This document shows, in pieces, positions 40,642-50,396 of a stretch of DNA of 50,396 bases (the first letter of the stretch is position 1; each line of letters opens with the position of its first letter). Origin of the DNA: Bacteriovoracaceae bacterium UBA7695 (GTDB lineage: Bacteria; Bdellovibrionota; Bacteriovoracia; Bacteriovoracales; Bacteriovoracaceae). The stretch covers positions 1 through 50,396 of the forward strand of contig DLGL01000106.1 of the NCBI GenBank assembly GCA_002482685.1. Reading direction: 5' to 3'. Under the pieces are notes generated by a model that was not told where the DNA came from, did no database searches, and worked only from the letters and a program-made list of their open reading frames with translations. The position numbers and the translations under genes are program-made.

Positions 40642-43600
40642 CTACAAATTCATGCTGAATGGGTTCTCTTCTGTCACCACATCTGCTTGGAATTCCTTGT
40701 ATCTAGGAATCCCAGTACCAGCTGGAATCAGTCGGCCCATCAATACGTTTTCTTTAAGACCGATCAAAGTATCTTTCTTACCTTCAAGTGCAGCCTGAGT
40801 AAGAACCTTCGTTGTTTCCTGGAATGACGCGGCAGACAAGAACGATTCAGTCGTTAATGAAGCTTTTGTAATACCGAGAAGTAACGCTTTTGATCCTGCC
40901 GGTTGTAGACCCTGAGCTATCAGACGTTCATTTTCGCTTCCGAACTCAGCTTTAGTTACTGAATCACCTTCTACGAATACTGAATCACCTGGGCTTGTGA
41001 TCTCAACTTTCTTCAACATCTGGCTAACGATAACTTCGATGTGTTTATCATCGATTTTAACACCCTGGAGGCGGTAAACTTCTTGAATTTCATCAGTGAT
41101 ATAACGAGCAACCGCTTTCTCACCTAAAACACGAAGAATGTCATGTGGGTTAGTAGGTCCATCCATGATCTGATCACCTGGACGAACATAATCTCCCTCG
41201 TTAACGATCACATAGCGGCCCTTAGGGATGGTGTAGACGATAGAGTCTGAACCATCTTCTGGCTTAATAATGATCTTACGTGATCCACGAACCTCAGGAC
41301 CATACTCGATAGTTCCTGCGATATCCGCGATCTGTGAAGAGTTCTGAGGCTTTCTTGCTTCGAAAAGTTCTGCAACTCGAGGTAGACCCCCGGTGATGTC
41401 TTTCGTTTTCGTCGACTCACGTTGAACTTTAGCGATAACAAATCCACCATCGATCTTATCTCCTGCACTAACTACCACGTTCGCACCAACAGGTAGAGAG
41501 TAAGAGGCAATACGTTTTGTTCCTGGAACCATTACAGGGTTACCTGAATCGTCCACGATCAAGATACGCGGTTGCTTAGATAGATCTTCTTTTCCTTTAG
41601 CTTCAATGATCACTCTGTGTGAGAGACCAGTTACAGCATCAAGTACTTCTGTATATGTTGCACCTTGTACAAGGTCTTCATATTTAACTGTTCCAGAAAC
41701 TTCAGACATGATTGGCATAGCGAACGGATCCCATTCAAGGATTCTGTCACCCACTGTAATAACATCGCCATCTTTGAAGAAGATTGTAGCTCCGTAAATC
41801 GCAGGGTAGCGCTCTTTCTCTGCACCAAGATCAGTCTTGATGATAATTTCCCCAGTTTTGTTCATAATAACGAAGGATCCGTCATCACGACCAACTGTCT
41901 TAACGTTTTCGAATACTAACTTACCAGCAGTCTTAGCTTCGATTTTGTTAACCTGAGCACCTGCAGTTGCAGTACCACCGATGTGGAATGTACGCATTGT
42001 TAACTGAGTACCTGGTTCCCCGATTGATTGAGCAGCGATAATACCAACTGCTTCACCTTGAGAAACTAGTTTACCGCGAGATAAATCGCGACCGAAACAA
42101 AGGGCACAATAGCCGTATTTTTCTTTACACGTAAGAACCGAACGAACTTTAATCTGATCCACTTCTTCTGAAGTAATGAGGTTAACGTCTTTTTCAGTGA
42201 AAATGTGGTTTCTTGGGAAGAGGGTGTTACCACTCTTACCTTTAAGATCTTCAAGTGAAACACGTCCAAGAACTCTGCTTGCAACGTGCTCGGCAATTTC
42301 CCCAGCTTCTACTCGAGAAACTAAGATAATACCGTCTTGAGAATCACAATCCATATTACGGATAATACCGTCTTGAGCAACATCCACTAGACGACGAGTT
42401 AAGTAACCAGAGTTAGCTGTTTTAAGAGCTGTATCCGCGAGACCTTTACGAGCACCGTGTGAAGAAGCGAAGTATTGAAGAACTGTAAGACCTTCACGGA
42501 AGTTTGAAGTAATTGGAGTCTCAATGATCTCGCCTGACGGCTTAGCCATTAGACCTCTCATACCAGCTAACTGACGAATCTGAACGTTCGATCCTCGGGC
42601 CCCAGAATCTGCCATCATAAAGATAGCGTTGAAAGATGGAGCTTTCATTTTATCTTTGCCGTCTTCAGAAGAAAATTCAGCAACAGATAAGTTAGAGATC
42701 AACACTTTAGAAAGTTTTTCGTTGGTTTGTGCCCAAACGTCGACGATCTTGTTATATCGCTCACCGTTTGTAATAGAACCCTCGTTATACTCATTTGTGA
42801 TTTTATCAACTTCAGCCTGGGCCGTGTTGATAATTTCAGGTTTTTCCTTAGGAATAACCATATCTTTAATGTTGATTGAGATACCCGCTTTCGTAGCGTA
42901 CTCGTAACCCATTTTCATGATCGCATCAGCGAACATCACAGTCTCTTTCTCAGTCGATTTGCGGTAAGCAAGATCGATCAACTTAGCTAACTCTTTCTTA
43001 TTCAGAATTTTGTTAATAGCTTCGTATCCAAGAGACTTAGGAGTTACGTCGTAAACGAACGTACGACCAACAGTTGTTTCAATTAGTTTGCCATCAAGAC
43101 GAATCTTGATCGGAGCTTGTAAGTGAAGGTTGTTAGTGTGGTAAGCAAATTGAGCTTCTTCTTTCGAAGAGAACACTTTGTTGTATCCACGGGCGAACGG
43201 ACGAACACGAGACATATAGTACATACCAAGAACGATATCCTGAGAAGGAACGATGATTGGTGTACCGTCTTTAGGAGAGAGGATGTTGTTCGTAGACATA
43301 GCTAGAACGCGGGCCTCAATCTGAGCTTCGATCGAAAGTGGAACGTGAACGGCCATCTGATCTCCGTCGAAGTCAGCGTTGAATGCTGTACAAACGAGCG
43401 GGTGAAGTTGGATAGCTTTACCTTCGATAAGAATTGGTTCAAATGCTTGAATACCAAGTCTGTGAAGAGTAGGTGCACGGTTAAGAAGGATAGGATGCTC
43501 TTGAACTACGTCCTCGAGAATGTCCCAAACTTCTTGCTTCTGCTGATCAACCATACGTTTAGCTACTTTAATAGTCGTACAGTGACCTTTCTCAATCAAT

Positions 43601-44760
43601 TTGTTGTAGATGAAAGGTTTGAAAAGCTCGAGTGCCATCATCTTAGGAAGACCGCACTGGTGAAGTTTCAAGTAAGGACCAACCACGATAACCGAACGAC
43701 CAGAATAGTCGACACGTTTACCAAGTAAGTTCTGACGGAAACGACCTTGCTTACCTTTCAACATATCTGAAAGTGAACGAAGAGGACGCTTGTTAGCACC
43801 TGTGAAAACTTTTCCACGGCGACCGTTATCAAAAAGAGCATCAACAGCTTCTTGAAGCATACGCTTCTCGTTACGGATGATGATTTCTGGAGCGTTCAAT
43901 TCTTTGAGACGCTTAAGACGGTTGTTTCTGTTGATCACACGACGGTAAAGGTCGTTAAGATCTGAAGTTGCAAAACGTCCAGCTTCTAGAGGAACGAGAG
44001 GACGAAGATCCGGTGGTAAGACCGGAATAACATCCATCATGAACCAATCAGGCTTATTCGGAGATTTAAGAAGTGATTCAACAACTTTAAGACGCTTGAT
44101 GATTTTTGCTTTACCAAGGTCAGTTGTAGCGTCACGAAGGCCACGACGAAGCTCTTTGTTAAGGATATCCATGTCTACTTTAGACAAGAGATCTTTAACG
44201 ATTTCGCCACCCATTCCAGCTTTGAATTCCATGTTAGCACCTTTTAACTCAGCATATTTTTGCTCAGTTAAAATCATACCAACCGGAAGTCCACCTTCTG
44301 CATCAGCAGTAGCTGATGAAGTAACGATGTAAGCTTCGTTATAAAGGATTCTTTCAAGATCTTTCAAAGAAAGATCTAAAAGTGCACCGATACGTGAAGG
44401 AAGAGAACGAAGGAACCAAATATGAGCTACTGGACTTGCTAGCTCGATATGTCCGCAACGCTCACGACGTACTTTAGAAAGTGTAACTTCAACGCCACAC
44501 TTTTCGCACACAACACCTCTGTGCTTCATACGCTTATACTTACCGCAGATACATTCGTAGTCTTTGATAGGTCCAAAGATTTTCGCGCAGAAAAGACCAT
44601 CTCTTTCCGGCTTGAATGTACGGTAGTTAATAGTTTCCGGTTTTTTTACTTCACCGAAAGACCATTCACGGATCGTATCTGGTGCGGCCATTCTGATAGA
44701 AATGGCCTGCACACTGACAGGATCTTTTGGTTTATCGAAAAAATTTAATAAGTCTTTCAT
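40642..44760 (-). CDS. rpoC: RNA polymerase beta-prime subunit
   Basis: KPETINYRT, zinc finger, [10 protein letters not shown] and [13 protein letters not shown]. Confidence 0.99.
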   Translation of the reverse strand: MKDLLNFFDKPKDPVSVQAISIRMAAPDTIREWSFGEVKKPETINYRTFKPERDGLFCAKIFGPIKDYECICGKYKRMKHRGVVCEKCGVEVTLSKVRRERCGHIELASPVAHIWFLRSLPSRIGALLDLSLKDLERILYNEAYIVTSSATADAEGGLPVGMILTEQKYAELKGANMEFKAGMGGEIVKDLLSKVDMDILNKELRRGLRDATTDLGKAKIIKRLKVVESLLKSPNKPDWFMMDVIPVLPPDLRPLVPLEAGRFATSDLNDLYRRVINRNNRLKRLKELNAPEIIIRNEKRMLQEAVDALFDNGRRGKVFTGANKRPLRSLSDMLKGKQGRFRQNLLGKRVDYSGRSVIVVGPYLKLHQCGLPKMMALELFKPFIYNKLIEKGHCTTIKVAKRMVDQQKQEVWDILEDVVQEHPILLNRAPTLHRLGIQAFEPILIEGKAIQLHPLVCTAFNADFDGDQMAVHVPLSIEAQIEARVLAMSTNNILSPKDGTPIIVPSQDIVLGMYYMSRVRPFARGYNKVFSSKEEAQFAYHTNNLHLQAPIKIRLDGKLIETTVGRTFVYDVTPKSLGYEAINKILNKKELAKLIDLAYRKSTEKETVMFADAIMKMGYEYATKAGISINIKDMVIPKEKPEIINTAQAEVDKITNEYNEGSITNGERYNKIVDVWAQTNEKLSKVLISNLSVAEFSSEDGKDKMKAPSFNAIFMMADSGARGSNVQIRQLAGMRGLMAKPSGEIIETPITSNFREGLTVLQYFASSHGARKGLADTALKTANSGYLTRRLVDVAQDGIIRNMDCDSQDGIILVSRVEAGEIAEHVASRVLGRVSLEDLKGKSGNTLFPRNHIFTEKDVNLITSEEVDQIKVRSVLTCKEKYGYCALCFGRDLSRGKLVSQGEAVGIIAAQSIGEPGTQLTMRTFHIGGTATAGAQVNKIEAKTAGKLVFENVKTVGRDDGSFVIMNKTGEIIIKTDLGAEKERYPAIYGATIFFKDGDVITVGDRILEWDPFAMPIMSEVSGTVKYEDLVQGATYTEVLDAVTGLSHRVIIEAKGKEDLSKQPRILIVDDSGNPVMVPGTKRIASYSLPVGANVVVSAGDKIDGGFVIAKVQRESTKTKDITGGLPRVAELFEARKPQNSSQIADIAGTIEYGPEVRGSRKIIIKPEDGSDSIVYTIPKGRYVIVNEGDYVRPGDQIMDGPTNPHDILRVLGEKAVARYITDEIQEVYRLQGVKIDDKHIEVIVSQMLKKVEITSPGDSVFVEGDSVTKAEFGSENERLIAQGLQPAGSKALLLGITKASLTTESFLSAASFQETTKVLTQAALEGKKDTLIGLKENVLMGRLIPAGTGIPRYKEFQADVVTEENPFSMNL

Positions 44761-44782
44761 TGAGCCTCGCGTGTTCTAAAAA

Positions 44783-47700
44783 TTAAAGAGTGTTCTCAAC
44801 ATTCGGTTCTTCTAGCTTCACATCAAGCGCTAGAGCTTGAAGTTCGCGGATAAGAACGTTGAATGATTCCGGTAGACCAGGTTCAAGAACCTGCTCACCT
44901 TTAACGATTGACTCATACATACGAGTTCTTCCTACTACGTCATCTGACTTAACAGTTAGGAACTCTTGTAAAGTATAAGCTGCACCGTAAGCTTCGAGGG
45001 CCCACACTTCCATTTCCCCTAGACGCTGACCACCGAACTGAGCTTTACCACCAAGCGGCTGCTGAGTAACGAGTGAGTAAGGTCCCGTAGAACGGGCGTG
45101 AATTTTTTCATCAACTAAGTGATGCAGTTTCAACATGTACATTGAACCGATTGTCACTTCTTCTGAGAACGCTTCACCAGTGATACCATCGAATAATGTT
45201 GTCTTAGCTGAGCGATCAAGCTCGGCCAGGTCAAACATTTCTTCAATATCTTGCTCAGTAGCACCATCAAAAGTTGGAGATGAAAATCTCACACCTGTTT
45301 GAAGTTTCTCTGCAAGCTCTCTAACTTGAGCGTCAGAAGCTTTTTTAAGCCATGCATCTGTCTCAGGCGTTTTATAGATCTTAGAAATAAGATCTTTAAT
45401 ACGACTTAAGTCCATTTGCTCTTCCATCATGTAGCGAATCTTGTCACCAAGACCACGACCTGCCCAACCTAAGTGAAGCTCAAAGAGCTGACCGATGTTC
45501 ATACGTGAAGGAACCCCTAGTGGATTCAATACGATTTCAACCGGAGTACCGTCGGCCATATATGGCATATCTTCCACTGGAAGAACGCGTGAGATAACAC
45601 CCTTGTTACCGTGACGACCCGCCATTTTATCACCCGGCTGAAGCTTACGCTTAATCGCGATGTAAACGACGACTTTCTTGATAACACCAGGAGGAAGCTC
45701 ATCACCTTTGTGAAGTTTAGCTATCTCTTCGTTTGCTTTCGCGCGAACTCTGTTGATTCTGTTACGGATATCAGCGAAGTACTCAGAAAGTTTTTCTTCA
45801 AGATCAGCTTTAAGAGGAAGGTATCCAATCAATTCGAATGGGATTGAGTAGAGAACTTCATCTGTGATTTTAGTTCCTTTCTTCAATAGTTCAGTTGAAC
45901 CATCTTCAGAAACGAGTTTATCTTCAATTGTAGCTCCACCAAGCATGTCAGCGATTTTTTTGATCGCTGAACGTTGGATAGCTTTAATCTCAATGCTTTC
46001 ATCACGACGGATAAGAGCAGTTTCTTTTTCAATGATCGCTTTAGAACGTTGATCAAGTTCAACACCTTCACGAGTGAAGACGTGAGCATCAATAACTGTT
46101 CCACGAACTGAAGAAGGAACACGAAGAGAAGTATCTTTAACGTCTCCGGCCTTATCACCGAAAATAGCTTTAAGAAGTTTTTCTTCCGGAGAAAGTTGAG
46201 TTTCACCTTTTGGAGTGATCTTACCAACCAGAATATCTCCCGGTTTAACAATCGCACCAACGCGGATAATACCAGCTTCATCAAGGTCTTTAAGAGCCTC
46301 TTCAGAAACGTTTGGAATATCGCGAGTGATCTCTTCTTTACCAAGTTTAGTATCACGAGCTTCCACTTCGTAGTTTTCGATGTGGATTGTAGTGAATACA
46401 TCTTGAGCAAGAATCTTCTCGTTAATAAGAATTGAATCTTCGTAGTTGTAACCACCCCATGGCATGAACGCTACCAGGATGTTTTGTCCTAGAGCAAGAT
46501 CACCATATTGAGTAGCTGGACCATCTGCAATTACGTCACCTGCGTGAACGATATCGCCTTCTTTAACCAAAGCTTTCTGGTTAATAGAAGTGTTCTGGTT
46601 AGAACGCTGGTACTTAACTAGTTTATGAACATCAACGCCTGATTCTTCATCTTTGAAATTATCACGCTGGATAACGATACGGTTAGAATCAACGAAGATT
46701 ACTTTACCGTCGTGTCCTGCGAACAAGATCGCACCTGAGTCACGAGCAACTGTCGATTCAACACCTGTTCCAACTAGTGGAGCATCTGTTTTCACAACAG
46801 GTACTGCCTGTCTCATCATGTTTGAACCCATCAAAGCTCTGTTAGCATCATCGTGCTCAAGGAACGGAATTAATGATGTAGCGATCGAAATCATTTGTGA
46901 TGGAGAAACGTCCATCAAATCAACTTCAGTGGCGTCAACTAAAGCAAGTTCACCCTGCTTACGAGCAGCGATCATGTTGCCGGAAACTTTGCCATCTTTA
47001 ATGAAGTGATTATCAGCTTGAGCGATAATTTTTCCTTCTTCTTCGAAAGAAGAGAAGTACTTGATTTTTTTCTCAAGAGAGCGGTCTTCATTTACAACTC
47101 TGTAAGGAGTTTCGATGAATCCGTACTCAGAAACCTTAGCGTAAGTAGCAAGTGAAGTGATTAGACCAATGTTTGGTCCCTCTGGCGTCTCAATCGGACA
47201 CATACGTCCGTAGTGAGTTGCGTGAACGTCACGTACTTCAAACCCTGCGCGCTCTCTTGTTAGACCACCTGGGCCTAGGGCAGAAAGACGACGTTTGTGG
47301 GTTACTTCAGATAATGGGTTAGTTTGATCCATGAACTGAGAAAGTTGAGATGAACCGAAGAACTCTTTAACTGCAGCAGCTACTGGCTTCTGGTTAACGA
47401 GATCGTGAGGCATCATCGTGTCGAGTTCTTGAATCGACATTCTTTCTTTAACAGCTCTTTCCATTCTTACTAAACCAACACGGAATTGGTTTTCAAGAAG
47501 CTCACCAACTGCTCTTACACGACGGTTACCAAGGTGATCGATATCATCGACTTGACCTTTACCGTTGTTAAGATCAACCAGGTATTTAACCGTAGTTAAA
47601 ATATCTTCTTTAGTAAGAACTGTATTTTCAACAGGAATATCAAGACCAAATTTGTAGTTGATCTTCATACGACCAACTTTTGATAAGTCGTATTTAGTTG

Positions 47701-48904
47701 CGTTGAAGAACAGGCCGCCGAAAAGATTTTCAGAAGCTTCAATTGTCGGAGGTTCACCCGGACGAAGTCTTTCAAAAATTTTGATAAGAGCTTCTTCAGT
47801 TGAGTGAGTTTTATCTAAGTATAAAGTGTTTCTGATTTGATCAGAGTAGTTAACGTTATCGATATAGATAACATCAACTGACTTAATACCAGCTTTCATG
47901 AACTCGAAAATCTTAGATTCAGTCAGTGCTTCGTTTGCAGAAGCGATAACTTCACCTGTTGATTTGTCGTAGATGTCATCAGCAATAACTTTTCCAATAA
48001 CTTCTTCAAGTTTAAGTGGAAGAGATTTAAGACCAGATTCCTGAAGTTTTTTAACTGCAGGCTTAGTGATCTTTTTGCCTTTTTTGATGATCGCTTCGCC
48101 TGTTTTAGGGTGAAGGATATCGTCATCAATACGAGCACCAGTTAGAAGCTCATAATCTAGTTCACGAGAGTAACCTTTCTCAGAAAGATTGATTTTCTCA
48201 AGTGGATAGAAAGCTTTTAATAGGTCCGCTACAGAGTATCCCATAGCTTTAAGAATAACTGTAGCGTGGAACTTACGTTTACGGTCGATACGAGCGTAAA
48301 GAATGTTCTTATGATCAAATTCGAAATCTAACCATGAACCACGGTGAGGAATGATACGAGCTGAATAAAGAAGTTTACCAGATGAGTGCTTCTTACCAGA
48401 ATCGTGCTCAAAAATGATCCCTGGAGAACGGTGAAGCTGAGAAACGATTACTCGCTCAGTTCCGTTGAATATGAATGACCCTGTTGGGGCCATTAGAGGA
48501 ATATTACCAAGGTAAACTTCCTGTTCTTTAATTGATGAAATTGTACGTTGACCATCTTCTCTCTCAGCTGTGAGGTCGAAGAAAATTAAACGAACGGTCA
48601 CCTTCAATGGTGATTCATATGAAAGACCGCGAGCGCGGCATTCAGTTACTGAGTATTTAGGTTCTTCAAGCGTATAGCTTACGAACTCTAGAGAAACAGT
48701 TTTGTTGAAATCGAAGATAGGGAAGATTCCCTTGAATACGTTTTGTAGACCTTTCTCTTCACGTTTTGCAGGCGGGATATCTTTTTGAAGGAAATCCTCG
48801 TACGAGCTGATCTGTAACTTCATCAAACTCGGTGGCGACATAACGTAGTCGTTCTTTGAAAAACTCTTACGTGTCCACTCGTTAGGGGCGAATACTTTTG
48901 TCAT
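44783..48904 (-). CDS. rpoB: RNA polymerase beta subunit
   Basis: [41 protein letters not shown] and GGQRLGEME. Confidence 0.99.
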   Translation of the reverse strand: MTKVFAPNEWTRKSFSKNDYVMSPPSLMKLQISSYEDFLQKDIPPAKREEKGLQNVFKGIFPIFDFNKTVSLEFVSYTLEEPKYSVTECRARGLSYESPLKVTVRLIFFDLTAEREDGQRTISSIKEQEVYLGNIPLMAPTGSFIFNGTERVIVSQLHRSPGIIFEHDSGKKHSSGKLLYSARIIPHRGSWLDFEFDHKNILYARIDRKRKFHATVILKAMGYSVADLLKAFYPLEKINLSEKGYSRELDYELLTGARIDDDILHPKTGEAIIKKGKKITKPAVKKLQESGLKSLPLKLEEVIGKVIADDIYDKSTGEVIASANEALTESKIFEFMKAGIKSVDVIYIDNVNYSDQIRNTLYLDKTHSTEEALIKIFERLRPGEPPTIEASENLFGGLFFNATKYDLSKVGRMKINYKFGLDIPVENTVLTKEDILTTVKYLVDLNNGKGQVDDIDHLGNRRVRAVGELLENQFRVGLVRMERAVKERMSIQELDTMMPHDLVNQKPVAAAVKEFFGSSQLSQFMDQTNPLSEVTHKRRLSALGPGGLTRERAGFEVRDVHATHYGRMCPIETPEGPNIGLITSLATYAKVSEYGFIETPYRVVNEDRSLEKKIKYFSSFEEEGKIIAQADNHFIKDGKVSGNMIAARKQGELALVDATEVDLMDVSPSQMISIATSLIPFLEHDDANRALMGSNMMRQAVPVVKTDAPLVGTGVESTVARDSGAILFAGHDGKVIFVDSNRIVIQRDNFKDEESGVDVHKLVKYQRSNQNTSINQKALVKEGDIVHAGDVIADGPATQYGDLALGQNILVAFMPWGGYNYEDSILINEKILAQDVFTTIHIENYEVEARDTKLGKEEITRDIPNVSEEALKDLDEAGIIRVGAIVKPGDILVGKITPKGETQLSPEEKLLKAIFGDKAGDVKDTSLRVPSSVRGTVIDAHVFTREGVELDQRSKAIIEKETALIRRDESIEIKAIQRSAIKKIADMLGGATIEDKLVSEDGSTELLKKGTKITDEVLYSIPFELIGYLPLKADLEEKLSEYFADIRNRINRVRAKANEEIAKLHKGDELPPGVIKKVVVYIAIKRKLQPGDKMAGRHGNKGVISRVLPVEDMPYMADGTPVEIVLNPLGVPSRMNIGQLFELHLGWAGRGLGDKIRYMMEEQMDLSRIKDLISKIYKTPETDAWLKKASDAQVRELAEKLQTGVRFSSPTFDGATEQDIEEMFDLAELDRSAKTTLFDGITGEAFSEEVTIGSMYMLKLHHLVDEKIHARSTGPYSLVTQQPLGGKAQFGGQRLGEMEVWALEAYGAAYTLQEFLTVKSDDVVGRTRMYESIVKGEQVLEPGLPESFNVLIRELQALALDVKLEEPNVENTL

Positions 48905-48954
48905 TTAATGACTCCTCAGTATGGAAGCTCTACTAATTCAATTTCTCTAAAACG

Positions 48955-48987
48955 CAAAAATGGAAGCACACCGAAGTATGCTTCCAT
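48955..48987 (-). terminator. Terminator/attenuator between rplL and rpoB
   Basis: Minus strand ATGGAAGCATAC-TTCG-GTGTGCTTCCAT-TTTTG; same position as the known rplL-rpoB attenuator. Confidence 0.75.
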
Positions 48988-49013
48988 GGGATCCCGAGGG
49001 ACTTAATAACAAA

Positions 49014-49382
49014 TTACTTAACTTCAACCTTAGCACCAGCTGCTTCAAGCTTCTTCTTAAGCTCAGCTGCTTCGTCTTTAGTTACGCCTTCTTTAACCAT
49101 CTTAGGCGCGCCTTCTACTAGATCTTTAGCTTCTTTAAGACCTAGGCCAGTGATCGCACGTACTTCTTTAATTACGTTGATCGCTGTAGCACCTTTTTCC
49201 ATAAGCATTACTGTGAACTCAGTTTGAGCTTCAGCAGCTGGACCAGCAGCAGCGCCACCAGCAACAGCAACAGGAGCTGCAGATACGCCGAATTTCGTTT
49301 CAAGCTCTTTAACCAAGTTAGCAAGGTCAAGAACTGACATTTTAGATACGTGTTCGATTAATTGATCGTTAGTGATAGACAT
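49014..49382 (-). CDS. rplL: 50S ribosomal protein L7/L12
   Basis: KFGVSAA, Ala-rich hinge and [21 protein letters not shown]. Confidence 0.98.
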   Translation of the reverse strand: MSITNDQLIEHVSKMSVLDLANLVKELETKFGVSAAPVAVAGGAAAGPAAEAQTEFTVMLMEKGATAINVIKEVRAITGLGLKEAKDLVEGAPKMVKEGVTKDEAAELKKKLEAAGAKVEVK

Positions 49383-49416
49383 AAATAATTCTCCTAAAAA
49401 ATAATAAGTTTAAAAA

Positions 49417-49947
49417 TTAAGCTTCAACAGTTTCAGTAGAAGCGGCCGGAGCAGCTCCACCTTGTTTTTGCTCGTTAATAGCGAAAAGCACTCTTGCAAA
49501 CGCAGATACTGGTGCATTGAATGTAGCAAGCAATGTTCCAAGCATTTCGTTACGAGAAGGCAATTTAGCTAGAGCAACAACTTCAGCTGTTGATAGTTTT
49601 TGAGTTCCAAGCATCCCACCTTTAACAGTTACGATGTCTTTGAATTCCCCTGAAGCATCGTTAATGATTTTTGCAACTGCTGCTGCATCATCATAAGCGA
49701 AAGCTACTGCGCTTGAGCCCTTCAAATCTTTGAGTAGACCTTCAGCGAAAGTTCCTGCAGCCGCGCGAGCGAAAAGAGTGTTACGAGTAATGACCATATG
49801 GCCTTTAGCTTCGCGAACGCTTTTTCTGATTCTTACAGAATCAACTGATGGGATACCTACGAGGTTGGTCAAGAAGACAGCTTGTGACTTCCCGATTAAC
49901 TCTTTGATCGAAGAAACTACTACGTCTTTTTCTGCACGTGTCATCAT
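49417..49947 (-). CDS. rplJ: 50S ribosomal protein L10
   Basis: RNTL, KGG and LAKLPSR..L motifs; lies between rplA and rplL. Confidence 0.95.
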   Translation of the reverse strand: MMTRAEKDVVVSSIKELIGKSQAVFLTNLVGIPSVDSVRIRKSVREAKGHMVITRNTLFARAAAGTFAEGLLKDLKGSSAVAFAYDDAAAVAKIINDASGEFKDIVTVKGGMLGTQKLSTAEVVALAKLPSRNEMLGTLLATFNAPVSAFARVLFAINEQKQGGAAPAASTETVEA

Positions 49948-49973
49948 AGTTTCAATCCTCCGTTAGTATATAT

Positions 49974-50037
49974 GGAGGGGAGCTTCGGCAGGCTTTACTC
50001 TTCACTGAGAAGAAACCGGCTGTCATCAACCCCTTCA
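49974..50037 (-). promoter_or_regulatory. Probable L10 leader (autogenous control RNA of rplJL)
   Basis: Minus strand GAAGGGGTT..GACAGCCGG..loop..CCTGCCGAAGCTCCCCTCC. The outer stem and GACAGC/CCTGCCGA core resemble L10 leaders, in the rplA-rplJ spacer. Confidence 0.6.
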
Positions 50038-50048
50038 ACGTAAATTAA

Positions 50049-50396
50049 TTAAACAGAAACGTTAGTAGCATCAAGAGTATCAAGTTTCACGCCTGGACCC
50101 ATAGTTGTGCTGATAACCAGCGACTTAACATATGTTCCCTTTGCTGAAGACGGCTTAGCACGAAGGATTGCTCCTGCAACGGCTTTGAAGTTTTCAGTAA
50201 GTTGAGCTTCTGTGAAAGATTTTTTCCCGATTGGAACGTGAACGATACCGTTTTTATCAGCACGGTATTCAACTTTACCAGCTTTCTGCTCAGCAATCGC
50301 TTTTACGATGTCTGTAGTAACAGTACCAAGCTTAGGGTTAGGCATAAGTCCGCGTGGTCCTAGAACTCTTGCGATCTTACCGATTTTACCCATCAT
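50049..50396 (-). CDS. rplA: 50S ribosomal protein L1 (C-terminal part; 5' end outside the window)
   Basis: [22 protein letters not shown] and STTMGPG. Confidence 0.98.
   Translation of the reverse strand: MMGKIGKIARVLGPRGLMPNPKLGTVTTDIVKAIAEQKAGKVEYRADKNGIVHVPIGKKSFTEAQLTENFKAVAGAILRAKPSSAKGTYVKSLVISTTMGPGVKLDTLDATNVSV

Noticed and set aside
40642-48904. Inteins, introns or rpoB-rpoC fusion
   Set aside because: Both subunits are of ordinary length (1373 and 1372 aa) with contiguous conserved motifs, and they are separate genes 22 nt apart.
22178-50296. Numerous 60-190 aa ORFs antisense or off-frame within ribosomal and RNA polymerase genes
   Set aside because: They are expected by-products of biased codon usage in highly expressed genes and show no recognisable domains.

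Overview
Bacterial chromosomal window, inferred from gene content and protein style to be a predatory Bdellovibrionota (Bacteriovoracaceae-like); this was not verified by search. The right ~28 kb (22.1-50.4 kb, minus strand) is the contiguous core superoperon rplA(partial)-rplJL-rpoBC-rpsLG-fusA-tuf-S10-spc-secY-adk-infA-rpmJ-rpsMK-rpoA-rplQ. Its oddities are the absence of rpsD, an EF-G with degenerate domain IV loops that sits behind a terminator, a 101-aa non-zinc S14 and an L16 with a histone-H1-like tail. The left ~22 kb holds a large Ig-repeat surface lipoprotein missed by the ORF track plus a beta-barrel partner, hemW, an M16 protease, a three-gene acyl-CoA carboxylase, an exported BPL_N/GATase-like protein, a PocR-like sigma-54 activator with a sigma-28 (FliA) type promoter, and a TlpA thioredoxin. 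The best candidate for an undescribed system is 12427-19702. It combines a heme oxygenase (bphO), a single-domain response regulator, an output-less bacteriophytochrome (PAS-GAF-PHY only) and a CheB-CheR-coiled coil-PAS-histidine kinase-REC hybrid whose stop overlaps the phytochrome start. Together these suggest a red/far-red light module signalling in trans with built-in methylation adaptation. No rRNA, tRNA, CRISPR array or mobile element was seen.
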